NCBI GenBank assembly: GCA_051294375.1
Contig: CM119267.1
Coordinates: 14,031,878-14,066,429, forward strand
DNA from: Paraspadella gotoi
Taxonomy: Eukaryota; Animalia; Chaetognatha
Direction of reading: 5' to 3'
Length of the DNA stretch: 34,552 nt
Shown: piece after piece, positions 1-13,930 of the stretch
How the letters are laid out: each line of letters starts with the position of its first letter
Position numbering within the stretch: the stretch's first letter is position 1
Translations under genes and position numbers: made by a program
The notes under the pieces: generated by a model
Told to the model about the DNA's origin: nothing
The model's database searches: none
Seen by the model: the letters and a program-made list of their open reading frames with translations, nothing else

Positions 1-1405
1 GAGAGAGAGAGAGAGAAATAAAAGAAATAAAAGAAATAACAGTAAGGAGAGAGAAAGGAGAGGGCGTTTAGGTGAGTGAAAAGAAAAGCCCGAAACAACA
101 AATATTCGTCGTTTTTGGCCGGCCCAGACCGAGGCCGGCCTCGTCTCTAGCCGGACCGGGTTATAGGGGCCCAGGTCGAGCATTTCGCATTCGATGTCGA
201 TAAAATCTCCGCGAAGGAAGACGTACAGGGATTTTTTTTCCATTCGTTGGTTTTTTATTTACTTTTTTTTTTAGTGCGGTTGCACCGAACGGATATTTTA
301 TTTTCCGCTCAGATGAGACGGCTTCATTTATTTCGACGAAACACTTTGAGTCTTTCCATGATTTGTTTTTTTTTTTTTTTTTGTTTTTTTTTTTAGTAGG
401 GGCGTTGGGGGGAGGGAAGGGGGATGGAAGACATGAGGGAAAGTTAGGGGAGGGAACGAAGTCCGGGGAATGTGAAGGGAGGACGTTGTTCGAACGATAT
501 AGTGCGGAATCAAAGGAGATCGGAGTTTTTATTTACAAATTCAAGATTCCATCTGTAATCTGCCTTCATTCATCTCCGATTATCTTTACTTACATCCCAA
601 TCATCTCTTTCAAAATTTAATAACGCGATCTCTTGCACATCCGCCTGAATTTTATCGTTTGTCGAGTTCAACTACCTTTTTTGTTTCATCCTTACCTAAA
701 AAAATATCCTGACGATGAGAGTCGCAAGTTAGCTTTCTCCCCTTTTCAACTTATCTTTCGACTACCCGACCTCCTCAGGTCTTCGTCCTCCACATCTTCC
801 TCCTCCTCCTCTTCCTCCCTCCTCCCTCTCTCCCTCTCTCGAGTGACCAAAAAAGATAACGACGAACAAATCTGTGAATGTCAACGAACTTCAAACGCAC
901 GCGGGGAAAAAGCAGGGTGGGAAAAAAGCATGGACCAGGGAAGGGAAAGGCATGGTCGAAGGAACGCAGATACAGAGGAACATACATTGTAGCGGTTTAG
1001 ATGAGGCATGCGAATGGGAAGTGTTATTAATTATTAATTAATTATTCATTTTAAAGTAGATAAAGTTATAGTCGTTTAGAAGTGAAATGATAAAGCTAAA
1101 TATTAGAAGAAGAGATTAATAAAAACACAACTATTTCGCCTTTTAATCGCGTCGTACTTTTTCTCTCCATATTCACCCACGCCCTGCCCGAACATGACCA
1201 AAATCCTCGCCGGCCGAACGGGCAAGGGGGGCATGGCGGGCACCTCGCGCGGGCTGACATAAATAAGAAAAAGAAAAAAAAAAAGAGCAAGCGCGACAAA
1301 GCCCGCATGCAGATTTACAGTCGTGCGGTCCCCGCTGATATTACACGTTTCTTTTCTTCCTCTCTCTCTCTCCTCTCTCTCATCTCTCTCTCTCTCTCCT
1401 CTTCT

Positions 1406-1440
<35 letters not shown>

Positions 1441-2539
1441 GCCCGGTCCGCGTTTCTGCGAGACGCGCACGTGTAAAGACCGAGCATGGAACGTGCGTTT
1501 TGCGCGTGAACGAACACGACCTCTGGTGAACCGGAGGATGGGGGCGGCGTGCGCAGTTGGCGGGGGCGAGTCGGGACCAGCTAGAAGGGTGGGGAAAAGA
1601 AGAGGCGGGGGGCGAATAGGAGAGAAAGTAAAGAAGTGACGAGCTGCACGGATGGTCGGCGATGTAAAAAGAGAGAAGATGCATGTTCGGTGGAGAGGAG
1701 ACAAGATGGCGGACCGAGGCGAGATGGGACAGAAGTGGGGTGAAGCGAAAGCGGACAGAAGTGTGAAGGTAAATGTAAAATCGGAGGACGATGGGTTTAT
1801 TGAGAAGTGGCGATTAAATAAGGGGGGAGGGTTTTACTGGGAGATGATGGGAGGAAGGCAACCGAAGCGGGGGCGGGTGGATTCGAAAAAAGTTGGAGGG
1901 GAAAAAAATATCGACGGAATCCGAAGGAGAAAAAAAATTAACTCCCTCGTTATGGCGACGGGAGGGGACAGGGACGATGACGACGATGACGACGTTAATA
2001 GCGACGATGGCTAGTTTAAGTAGTAAAAAAATAAAAAAAACAATATATAAGTTGATTTTAAGAAGTTTCAAGAGAGAAAATTTAGGGAAATAGGTCATGT
2101 TTAAAGTTATTCGACCTTTCGAGGATGGTGAATCCATGTATTATAAGTTTATTTTCTTTGGATTTTAATTTGAGAAGAATATAAGATAATTAAAAGAATA
2201 TTATAATAAATCTGAGAGTTTACTCAAAATTGAATAATTCTGTAAAAAGAGGAATCTTCGCGATGATTAGTTTTTCAATTTCCTCGTCATGAATTACGAT
2301 TTGAACTCCAGTTGAAATTTTCGATGGTTATTATCGTTATAATAGTGGTCGTATGCATTTGAGTTTTCCCTTCCTTTGTCCCTTCCTCGTCGTCGTCGTC
2401 GTCGNNNNNNNNNNCGTCGTCGTCGTCGTCGTCCACTTTTGTTTACTACAAAACCGAAAATATGGCGACGGAATTCCCGGATGAGAAGAACTAAAAAAAA
2501 AAAAAGAAAACCGAGGACAAATCTCGACGCGAATATAAT

Positions 2540-2588
2540 TTGAATCTGATCGCATTTGAATCTGACTGCATTTGAATCTGACTGCATT
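2540..2588 (+). repeat. 16-bp tandem repeat x3 (TTGAATCTGACTGCAT)
   Basis: Three adjacent units; the first has a TC/CT swap. Confidence 0.9.
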
Positions 2589-2949
2589 CGAGGAAAACTC
2601 GATCGCATGTCGTTGTATTTAAATGCCAATGCGTTTGCGAATCTATTTTTGCTATTTTTCATAGGGAAATACTTTTTTTTTAATTGTTGGTTCTCTTCTC
2701 AACTTTTCTCTTGTAGGGATGGTTCCTAGATATTTTTTTTTTCATTTCTCAGAAATGACCGGAAATGAGGAATTTTTCTAGTTTTTGACCAGAAACGACC
2801 ACATTTTCTCGTCGCTTAATCCCGCGATAAGAGAGAAGGAAAAACTGGCTTATAATTATCAACAGCGGTGGACGCGAAAGTAGGAAGGGGCAGAAAAGGA
2901 AGGAAGAAAGAAGGGAGAGAGAATAAAAAAAAATAGAATTAAGAGAGCA

Positions 2950-2964
2950 AGAAAGAAAGAAAAA

Positions 2965-3060
<96 letters not shown>

Positions 3061-3061
3061 A
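2950..3061 (+). repeat. (GAAA)n microsatellite
   Basis: Seen directly; similar tracts at about 15314-15672 and 19990-20128. Confidence 0.95.
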
Positions 3062-3517
3062 AAAAATAAATAAATTAAATAATAAAATGTCGGGAAAAAA
3101 AATTTAAAAATTTAAAAAGTGATAAAAAAAGATGACGAAAAAGGAAAAAAACTCATAAAGAAATTTCGCAGAAGGTGAAAGAAATGTTCGACAATGAATA
3201 TGGACGCGGTTCGATGAATGACAGATTGCAAGAACTGCGTTGGTGGAGGAGAGTGGAGGAGAGAGAAGGAGAGAGAAGGAGAGAGAGGGAGAGAGAGGGA
3301 GAGAGAGGGAGAGAGAAGGAGAGAGAGGGAGAGAAAAGGAGAGAGAGGCGAGAGAAAAGAAGAGAGAAGGAGAGAGAGGGAGAGAAAAGAAGAGAGAAGG
3401 AGAGAGAGGGAGAGAGAAGGAGAGAGAAGTAGAGAATTGGGATGAAGAAAAGTGAGGAAGGAAGGAATTGGGTGAAGATAATGGAAAAGAAAGAAAAGGA
3501 CAGAGACGCGAGACGCT

Positions 3518-3772
3518 GCGCAAGAGGGCGTGGAGCCAAAGTGGGAAGTGAGCCAAAGAAGATAGGGGGCAAGGAGCCAAGGAAAAAGGGGTCGTGGAGC
3601 CAAAGTGAAAAACGGGAGTAGAGTCAATGTGGAAAGAAGGCGTGGAGACAAAGTTGCAAGAGGGCATGGCACCAAACTGGAAAAGAGCTGTGGAGCCAAA
3701 GAGAAAAGCAAGCTTGGAGCTAAGGTGGAGAGAAAACGTGGAGCCAAAGAGAAAAGTGGGAAGGGGCCAAGG
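3518..3772 (+). repeat. Diverged 24-bp minisatellite, about 11 units, core GTGGAGCCAAAG
   Basis: Cores start at 3594, 3618, 3642, 3666, 3690, 3714 and 3738 (exact 24-bp spacing), with looser units at each end. Confidence 0.9.
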
Positions 3773-4550
3773 AGCCCGGGTCTTCAGACGAGAGTAGAAC
3801 TTGGACGCTTCAGTTCGAGTGGAACCAATTAAAACGAATGGAATCAGAGAATGGATTCATGATGGAACCATGAAGAGAGAACATTCGGGGATGGAACCGC
3901 CATATCTCCCAAGATCTCGGAACGATATAAGAGCCGAGTCGAGGGAGTCGAGATTCGTGTACGTTGAACAATGTCTACTAGACGTTCACCTTTGGGTGCG
4001 AGGTCTCGGGTTCGAGGCTGTGAAGAGAGTTATCGAATTTTCTTTATTGCTCACGAATTGTAAAGAATGAGAAAGATTTTTTAAGTAATAAAAAGAATTA
4101 TGGCGTAGGTGGTTACGATTGGCATAACGATAAACAAACTGGAGTGAAATTGTTTAAAACTAAAGAAAATTATACGAACCACAAAGAGAAAAAAATGAAT
4201 TTGAAAAGTTTATTAACTCACCGAGACGTGGGCTCGCCATTCAAAATCAGAATCACCACTTGGACAATGGTCATTGACCATTGGTCAATTGTCCAGCCTC
4301 GAACCATCAATCGAATAATCCCTTTGACCCATAATAGAACGGACCCATCGTTCTCACAGACACACGGACCGGCTCGTCGTCTCCGAGAAGAGAGCAGACA
4401 GACAGACAGACAGACGGACTCTGGGGACGCGATGATGACTTGAAACGAGAGGAAGACTGGAAGACCCGTCGGGGACAGAACAGGATTGCGGGGCCGGCGA
4501 ATCTCCGCTCCTGATTTATCGCTCCCTCAGGCGAGAGTGAAGTCGACGGG

Positions 4551-4579
4551 GACGACGACGACGGCGACGGCGACGACGA

Positions 4580-4611
<32 letters not shown>

Positions 4612-4680
4612 GCGACGGCGACGACGACGACGACGGCGACGGCGACGACGACGACGACGGCGACGGCGACGGCGACGGCG
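4551..4680 (+). repeat. Compound (GAC)n/(GGC) trinucleotide repeat
   Basis: Units of (GAC)4-6 GGC GAC GGC. Related (GAC)n/(GTC)n tracts at about 2390-2430, 12044-12086, 24201-24240 and 31697-31825. Confidence 0.95.
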
Positions 4681-5068
4681 AGAACGAGAGGGTGACGATA
4701 AAAGCTGAATGGTTTTTATATATCAACGTATTTCAGCGATTTATTGCAGGGCCGATGATTGTGTGTTAACGACGACGACGACGGCGACGACGACGGCGAT
4801 GACGACGACGACGACGATGATGACGGATAGGGCGACGTCGCTGATAATACGAAGGAGGTAGAGAGAGGACGACCGGAATAATGACGATATTAGCGACGAT
4901 TGTGATATATATTCAGGCATTCCAGGGGAGCATCGGCGTCATTGGTATTAAAGCGATCGATAATAGCGAGATAATAATTTTTGCCCAACGTTTCTTTTTT
5001 GTTTGGAAAGTCACACAAAAAAATCGGACGATGAGTCTATTACTCTATACTATATATACTATATATAG

Positions 5069-5095
5069 TTTTATATTGGTTGTACCAATTTCATA
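5069..5095 (+). repeat. Family A end fragment
   Basis: 27/27 identity to the reverse complement of 18299-18325. Confidence 0.75.
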
Positions 5096-5210
5096 ATAGA
5101 ATAATATGCATATAATATAATAGTATATATAATTTGGAGTGGGACAATGCTGATTTTTAAGCGTATATTAGACAGATAACACTTGTCACAGAAAAATGTA
5201 AAGAAAAATG

Positions 5211-5246
<36 letters not shown>

Positions 5247-5795
5247 AGAGATAATATTTCGTTGAGAGAAGTGAGAGTTGAGCCGGATCAAGATGCAAGA
5301 CCCCAAAGTCAGAGGCTTGCGACAGGCGCCAAGGGGCCATGCATTTGTTAGGCTAATCCTGGAAAAAAAAAGTTGAGGAAAAAAGAAAAAGGGACCAAAT
5401 AATAAGGAAGAAACGTTTAAATATAAACCTTTTTATTATTTTTAACTATAAAACGTCGCTTATTTGTATTGTTACCTTTAGACTCTCTAGGCGAAAACCC
5501 TCATTAGACAAATGATAATTCTTGATGTTTTACATCGAGTTTTATTCCCCTATTTTTATTTCTAGCCCCATGGGTCGACACCAGGACGATTCCACTCATG
5601 GAGAAAGAAATAAATTCTCATCATCCACGAATTTATTTCCACCAACTTTTACATAAAGACGTCAAGAAAAAAAAAAGGATTCCTCTCAATATATGATAAT
5701 TTTATTATTAAAATTAAACAATTATACAGATGAAATTAAAATAGTTACTTGTAATGTTATAACAATCCTTGTGATATTCAAAAATACATTATCTC

Positions 5796-5877
<82 letters not shown>

Positions 5878-5992
5878 GTTTCGTTCCTGCTCTTGCTTTG
5901 ATCCTCCATTGGTTTTATTCAAAAGCTGAATTGGCGAAAAATCAGTCAACTGAATGAAGACGGAAGACGACGGGAAAAAAAGACATCACCAG

Positions 5993-6231
5993 AGAAAAAC
6001 GCCGCTCGGTGGAAAGAACGCCAAACCGTGGAAAGAACGCCAACCCTAGGAAAGAACGCCACCACAAGTCAAGAACGTTAACACGTGGAATGAAATCGAA
6101 CCCTAAGAAAGAACCCCACCCCATCCCAAGAATTGCTTCCCAAGTAAAGAACGCCAACATATAGTCAAGACAACCTATGATAAGAACTCCAAGATGAGAT
6201 AAGAGCGCCTACCATTGATAAGAACGGCTCG
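5993..6231 (+). repeat. Diverged 19-bp minisatellite, about 13 units, core AAGAACGCC
   Basis: Units start at 6012, 6031, 6050, 6069, 6088, 6107, 6126 and 6145, then 6180, 6199 and 6218. Confidence 0.88.
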
Positions 6232-6320
6232 AAAAGATCAGGTCCTTTTATGAAAATTTGCAAATTACTTGTTTCACTATTTTCTATTTTTATATTTTAT
6301 GAAGAATTTTATGAAGGTCC

Positions 6321-6527
6321 TTTTATATAATTGAAACATTCTTTATATCACTTGGTTGATAGGGAAGGCTGGAACTCTGGGAGTGAATAACTAGTCTTGG
6401 TTGAAAGCTTTCAGGGTTAAGCTATGTTATCATCTTGTGAATGGAATGGAGACCTTAACCAATTTTAGCCTGTCCAAAGTCACGGGCGAGATAACTTACT
6501 TATTAAATGATTTGTGACAATTTCATA
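6321..6527 (+). repeat. Dispersed repeat family A, copy 1
   Basis: Colinear with the reverse complement of 18299-18552. Shared blocks: aattgaaacattcttt, ttgatagggaag, ctgggagtgaataa, agcctgtccaaagtca, ttattaaatg, caatttcata. Confidence 0.88.
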
Positions 6528-7109
6528 AGAACGTCAAACCATGATATTAACACCACAATGAAATAAGAAAGCCAAAAAAAAGTCACCCGGTCGATCTCAA
6601 ACCAGAACACAACTCAATTCCGCCCTTTTCGTCATTGATGAGTGATAACGGACAAAATGATCCGGAAAATCAAGTTTGAGCCTTAAATTAAGGGGAGTGT
6701 TTAATGTTCCATGTCACTTAAACAACCTTATTGAACATTGTTTGGGTTGACAAATAACCGTGTCAGATCGCCACCATAATAATAACAAAATCTTTTTCAA
6801 TCTTTCCAGACAAGACAATTTAAACGTCTTCAGCTTATATTTTATTTCAGCGTCTATTTCGACGGCCACCTAAACAGCGATTTACAAATAAAGGCCTCAT
6901 AAAAAAATACCGCGCCCAGGAATTCTATCGGGACCTCTGACGACGTCGCCAACAAAGCCTGTCGCGGCGTTGCCAACGGCGCCGCGTGAAGAGAATGACG
7001 CCGCCGACGCCGCGATCACTGGCACTCGCTCCTCGGAGCCAAATTTGTTTTGAGCGATTTGACGGAATCGTTTCATTTGGAGGGTGTGTGAGAGAGAGAA
7101 AGAAAGAGA

Positions 7110-7160
<51 letters not shown>

Positions 7161-8617
7161 GGAAAGCTGGAGATCGAATATTGTGATAAAAAAAAAACCG
7201 GGGAATGAAATCTCCGACTCGACGGGAAAATTGCGAATTTTCTTAATTCTCATAAACTGTGATCAGGACTTGGTCAAGGGAAGAGGAGAAAATGGTGAGG
7301 GCGAAATAGGGTGAGGAATGGGCATTGGGAAAATTTGGCGATGGGCATTTATTAAATCATCGTTCGAGAGGGATTGAAGAAGTTAAGAAAGATGATTCTG
7401 GGAATTAAAGGCAAGAAGTGACAGAAAATCTAAACCAAAATACAAGTTGCTTGTTTCGTTTCGACATCAATACAAATCTTCGCAAATTAAAAATAATAAT
7501 TCAAAAAAAGAAAAAAAAGAAATTCTTGAAATCTGGCGAATATCGAAAGCGAAACATCGAGCGAATAAAAAAAAATTATAAAAAAAAGAAGAAAAAAAAA
7601 AGAAAAAAAAACCCGGATGCAAAAACCGGAAGAGAAAAATAAAGTGAGATTAAACTGTGAGAGCGAAACTAAAACCCGAAGAGAAATTTTTTTTCCTTAG
7701 AAAACCCGGTCGAGCTTTTTCCTTCACCCCTTCCTCCTTTTTCGCTCGATATGTTATGCAATATATTGTTCAAAATATTATGCAATATACATCCTTTTTC
7801 CTCTTATAGTATTTAAAATCTGATATGCTTGTCTTTTGAATCGTCGTTTTATCTTTCCTTCATGTCTTTCTTCCATGTTTCCTCCCTGCTATTTTCTCTT
7901 GCCTTCTTTATCCTTAATACTTTCCATCCCTACCTTCCCCTTAATAATTGTCATTTCCCTTCCTTCCCTCTCCTCCTTTCCTTCGCTTTCCCATCCTAAT
8001 CCTCATCTTTCCCAACCAATTTATTAGAGCGTAGTGAAAATTACGTATTAAAGTTTTAAAAGTCAATTATGAACATTGAACCAACCACCAATGAACATTA
8101 ATTTATGGAAAAAAATAGTTTTATGAAATTTTTATTTACATGGTAGGCTATACTTATATATAGTAGAATCCTTAAAAAATCTTAAAATTTGTTTTTTCTT
8201 AACCTTTTATACATTATTGTTCATTCCTCACTTTTAAAATTTTAATTAAAATTAAATTGAGAATTTTTACTACTCTTTACCCTTCATAATTCCCCTCCGT
8301 CTCTTCCTCCCTTCCCCGCTTATTCCCAGCTTGTCCCCAGCTCCTCTTCCTTCTCCTCCTCCTCCTCCTCCTCCTCCTTTTTTTGATTGACGAGAAGAGG
8401 AAATGCGAGAAGAGAGAGAGAAAGAAAAAAAAATGCAATTTTTTAACCGTCGATAAAAAAAGGAAAAAAAAAAATAAGGAAAGTCGTCGAGTTCTTTATA
8501 TATAGGAAAAGAGAGAATAACTCGTGAATCGATCTCGTTAGGGAGAAAAAAAAAACAACTTCTCGCTCGCCTTATTCGATCTCGTTATAGACGATCCTCC
8601 TGCGCATGCGCTCGAGC

Positions 8618-8692
<75 letters not shown>

Positions 8693-9103
8693 AAAGAGAG
8701 AGAGACCGGTGCGTGGGCGAAAGCGCTTTTTTCCAGAGGCGGAAGTTTAGTTTACGATGAGAGAAAGAAAAAAAAGAGAAGAATCGTTTCTCATCATCGA
8801 ATTCTTTTGTCGTCTTCGTCATAATCTTCTGGTTTTCATGACTTTTTTTTCTCCCCTTTTTCTTTGTTCTCATATTTTTCTATTTTCACTTTTTACTGTT
8901 TTTTTCATCTACTTTTTTCTTTTCTCACTTTTTTTTCTTTTTCTTTCTTTCCTTTTCATATTCTTTTTCTTCTCTTTTCTTCTACTCTTTCTCTCTTTTT
9001 CTTCATATCTCCTTTCTATTCTTCGTCTTTTTTTTCTTTTCTTTTTTATTTCTCTTAGTTACTTTTTTCCTACTTTTTTTCCTCTCCTTTTTCCTTTTTT
9101 TTC

Positions 9104-9280
9104 TTCTCATTCTCCTTCTTTATTCTCCTTCTTATTTCTCCTCTTTCTCCGTCTCCTTCTTCGAGTGCACTCCTCACACTTTTTCTCATTCTCCTTCTTT
9201 ATTCTCCTTCTTGTCTCCTCCTTATTTCTTCTCTTTCTCCATCTCATTCGAGTGCACTCCTCACACTTTTTCTCATTCTC
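9104..9280 (+). repeat. Local tandem duplication, unit about 80-90 bp
   Basis: ttcgagtgcactcctcacactttttctcattctc occurs twice, each with a matching pyrimidine-rich leader. Confidence 0.85.
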
Positions 9281-10470
9281 GTCGCAGAAGAGAGAAAAGC
9301 GTTTCGTCTTAAGTTTTTCTTTAAGGGGCTGAGGGAGTGAGGAAAGAAAGGAAGGGGTTGGGAAGATGAGCACCCGTCGATTTCGAATCGATGCCCGACA
9401 GTCAGCGAGACTCAGTCGACTCGACAGTCAATGCGGGCGAGATTCGCCAATCAATAATATTGTATTGTAATATTGTAATATTGTAATCGATTTTAAATCG
9501 AAATCAGGGAGATTTTTTTTATCTAATGACCGCATTCAATACTCCTTTGGTTTTCAGTACATACTATTTAATACTGTATATTTATTTGTATCCTCACCGT
9601 AGAATCATACAATTAATATCATTTATTTTTGGGGAAATTTCTTTTTTTTCGTCAGTGAATGAGTACAAATCAAAATAACTTACCTTTTTTTTCTCTCTTT
9701 TCAAAATTGGGTTCCTCCCCCGATTCGCGTCCCACGCTGTTTCTGAAATTTTTAGAAAAGAATTATGTCAAGCTAAGCTAAGCAATGTTAAATTTGATAC
9801 GCGAAAACTTAAACTAAATTCATCATTTTCTTTTCACCTCATTGCCCGCGACAGTTGAAACTATTTTAACTCGGATCAATCGCGAATCGCTCTGATGCAC
9901 TCATTTCTCAATTTCCATCATGGAATCCGATATTAAAAAAAACAAAACAAAACAACAACAACAACAACAAGGCGGGAATCTTTTTGTTCCGCTTTTCTGT
10001 CAGAGAGATCGATTTTTCAACGTCGCCCCGTCTCTCGATTAGTCCCCCTGTCGATAAATCCCGCGCGTTCCCCTGCTCGCGGCAAATATTAATTGGCCGA
10101 CGATGTTAATCCCATAAATCCGCAGCGAAGTCGGGGAGAGGGAGTCGCGCGACGTTTCAACTCCATCCCGAAAGGGGGCGGGGCGGGCCGAGGGGGGAAG
10201 AGGGGTGAGTGTCGCGGAAATGCGGGGGATGGGGAGTGGAGTGTCCTAGTGGAGCGGGTGGGGGGACTGGAGCGTGGGGGAGCAATGATTACGATTTGGA
10301 GATAGAGAGAGAATAGAGCGAGGTTCGTGGAGTGAGCGAAATGAAAATAATTGTAGCTAAATTAGAGAGTGAAGAGGAAATGAGATGAGCGGTGCGAGAA
10401 AATGAGGGCGTCTTAAAAGACAAGACGGGATCGGATATGAGAGGGACGGAAAGGAAACATTAGCCAAGAG

Positions 10471-10670
10471 GGCCTTATATATTCCCCGAACGCATTTTAT
10501 CTTAAATTAGTGATTAAGTAAATTTGTTTAATTAAAAATTAGGTTAAAGGTTAGTGATTAAGGTTAGGAACTTTGTTTGTTATTAAGGATAGGGATTTGG
10601 GTTAGGGACTAGCGTTTGGGGTGAGGAGGGGTTAGGGTTAGAAATTAGGGATGTCGTTCTGGATTAGGTG
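10471..10670 (+). repeat. Dispersed repeat family B, diverged copy with a degenerate TTAGG/TTAGGG tract
   Basis: Head ggccttatat...cattttatcttaaat, then ggttag/ttaggg-rich sequence. Right end approximate. Confidence 0.5.
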
Positions 10671-11505
10671 AGTAACAGTCTGGAAGGCCTCAAGAAGATC
10701 GGCGTTTGATGTCGACGAAGTTTGTTTACAAGTTCAGTAATCGTAGTAAGTATTACAATATTGAGGTGATTTAAGTGAATCTTAAGGGTTAATCATCGGT
10801 GGCTTTAATGGCGAAAAGGAACCGAGTTGGCCGAGGAAGAAGGAGTCAGATGGAATTGGGCGAAAATCATTAATCAAAGAGACAAACTCGGTTGAGCGGA
10901 GAGAGATTTGGTAAGAATGGGACGATGGAGAGGGGGGGAACTGGACATATGGAATAGAAAGAATGAAAAATGATTAAATGATTAGGCAAAGATACATATT
11001 TTATAGCCTGTCCAAAGTTGGGTGCCTCATAATAGTCCATAGATTCTAGCATTTCGATGATAGTAAAAAAAATGTTCTTGTATCAGATACAGTCCAACTG
11101 TTACTACTTATATGATTTTAAAAAAACCATGTGCTATGGGAATTATCATAAAAAAATGTGAATCTCACGGACTGAGAAGTGATAGACCGAATTCATGAAG
11201 TGAGAGAAAATGATTGGATTCGTGAGACGAATTGTGTTGCGTCGAATGGAAACGAAATTACGTCTTCGTCCCGATTGGGAATTTTATCCTTTATCCTCTT
11301 CCCATCCCCACCTCCCCCACCCCCGCCCCCTCCCGCCGCCCTTCCCCTTTTTTTCTATTTTTATATCTTTTAAGAAAAGAGAGTGAGAAAATCCTTTTAA
11401 CTCTCCCCTCTCACTCTTTCGACTCTATCGGAAAATGCTTATATGCGTCTACATGTTCCTTACGCCTCCCTCACCATTCCTCCGCGCTTATTCTGCCACT
11501 CCAAC

Positions 11506-11557
<52 letters not shown>

Positions 11558-11859
11558 GCGGAGCGAGAAACGCCCATTTGTCTAAATAACGCTCCCAGGC
11601 CGCGGATCACTTCTCCACCCCCCCTAAACGCCCCCCTCCAACTCCGTTTCCAATCTTCTCGCATTCTTTTTTTTTCCTCTGTCGAGAATTAGCGTCGATT
11701 CCCATTATCAAGTGTGCGAGCCGGCGAGAGTCACTTGTTTTTATTTTTTTCCCGCTGCGCGACGCTACGAACAATGATTCGACCCGCATAGTTCGCAATC
11801 AGGATTCTTGCCTGACTGTAAGTGTTTGTCTTTGCGGGACAGAGAGTAAGACAGAAAAA

Positions 11860-11930
<71 letters not shown>

Positions 11931-12043
11931 CAAATCTACACATAGAGGAAGAATAAGAAGAAGAGGAAGAAAGAGGAATGATATTCCAACATTTTCACAT
12001 TGCGACGGTGAAGTGTGATTAGGAAAGATTTGGATCCAGAAAC

Positions 12044-12086
<43 letters not shown>

Positions 12087-13930
12087 ACCCGAGACGAAAA
12101 GATTTGAAATTTTAAAAATGGATTCAAGTTTTTGGGATTTTTTTTATCAGGTTCTCTCTTCTTAGGCTACAGGCGTTTCTTATTTTTTCGTTCACCATCC
12201 TTATAAAACCGACTCCGTGTTTTTGCGCGATTCAATAAAACTTTACTTGATTACGATGTCAATGTTACAAAAAAAACTTACAATCATTTCCTTTTAAAGT
12301 TTTTGAAATCTTTTTGAAGTTTTTTAAACTTATTTTGAAGGTTAAAAACTTAAATGCAATTTCTCCATTAGTTCGGGTATCTCTTCCTGGAATAAATTTA
12401 TATTCCGACTCTTCTTAGAAAAAGAACGTTTTCTTGACTTCAGCTATGAATAGAAATTTCCTACTTAAGGTTTTTATTTCAAATTAAGAATCTTTTTATC
12501 ACTCGGTCTTGTATAACAATTTTTTTTCTATCATTTCGGTTTTATGTCTCATGAGTTCTTGTTTCTTTCCTGTTTCTCTCCCGAGGTTTTTTTAATAGTT
12601 TTGTCCTACTCTTCTAAACAATATTTCATTTTTTTTTTCAATTTTTTTCCAGTTTTTCAGCAAAGGTTAGGTGTGGAAATGTGATTTACGCTCCTCCAGA
12701 TGGGACCCTAGCGACGCCTGGGAAGCCGGTGGCGACGACGAAGACGACGACGACGAAGACGACGACGACGACGACGTCGCCGACAACGAAGACGACGACG
12801 GAAAATTCTGCGATGGCATCGACCGCGACAAAGATTGGAGCGAAAAAAGACAAAGTCAGCAACGATAGAAGAAGCGCACGTTAAACTACGAAAAAAATGG
12901 ATGATAACAATTATGACTGTCGAATGTCGATGGCCAAAAATGACTGACCACAAATAAGGAGAATGAGAAAGAAGATGACAAAAAATTCTGAGACGTTGTT
13001 GGCGTCGACCTCTTGTGGAGGATAAGAGAATCCATCGGAGGAAAAGGGGAGGAAAGGAGGAAAATGAAAAAGGAAAATAGGAGGATAGAAGGAAAAAAGC
13101 GATGAAGGTGGGAAAAAGAAAAGAGATAAAAATTTAAATAAAAGAAGAAAAATTAAAAGAGGAATCTGTTTTTAAAAATTCTGGAATTGAAAAAAAAATT
13201 CATGATTTATAGTAATACGATAAACTTTAAATGCTATTAAATGTTATTAACTATAGATAAAATCTTAATTTTGTTTTTAATTTCGTCCCCTAACACCCAC
13301 AGGGATGCTCTAACGTTATTTATATTACAGAACTCTTAGTTTTTACCTTGTTCCCGCCTTAGTGTTTATGGGGCAAATGAGAACAATTGAAGAGGAAAAA
13401 AAGTCGTGAGCGGGAAGTTACTTTTCAAAGCGAATGTAGCGTAAAGTGACGTTGAACGCTACCAACGGGACAGGCGCGGAATATTTGCCCTTTTTTATAA
13501 CGCGGAGTAATTTTGTAGCTACATTACGTACTTCACCATGATCTCGGGCACAATCTCTGGAAGAGAGAGAGGAAAAAAAAAAGATAATCCCATCTGGTGT
13601 AAACACACTTGTAGTAGAAAGGGAAAAAAAGTGGGCCAGGAATCGGGGGGAGAAAAGAGGAAGAAAAAAAGGGAATATTTAATAAGGAAGTTGTGAAGAA
13701 GTATGGGAAAGAGAGATGGGGTGAATGAGGGTGACAAAATGGCGATGGGGAAATGATAAAATTATGATAAAAGATCGATGGATGTGATCGCACTGAGAAG
13801 AGGAGAAGTGGAGAGAGAAGGAAAAGGAAAAAGAAGAAGAAAAGAAAAAAGTTTAAATTAAAAATAACAGTCAAGTTATGTAAGTAAAGTACAGTACAGT
13901 AAAGTACAGTAAAGTACAGTAAATAAAGTG

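Noticed and set aside
3518-6231. CRISPR-like reading of the 24-bp and 19-bp arrays
   Set aside because: Eukaryotic context, degenerate cores of only 9-12 bp, short related linkers and no cas genes.
10545-10670. Interstitial telomeric repeat
   Set aside because: Highly degenerate and attached to the family B head motif.
12671-12884. Acidic or Thr-rich ORFs after a plus-strand pyrimidine tract
   Set aside because: Dominated by a (GAC/GAA) repeat, with no partner exons.
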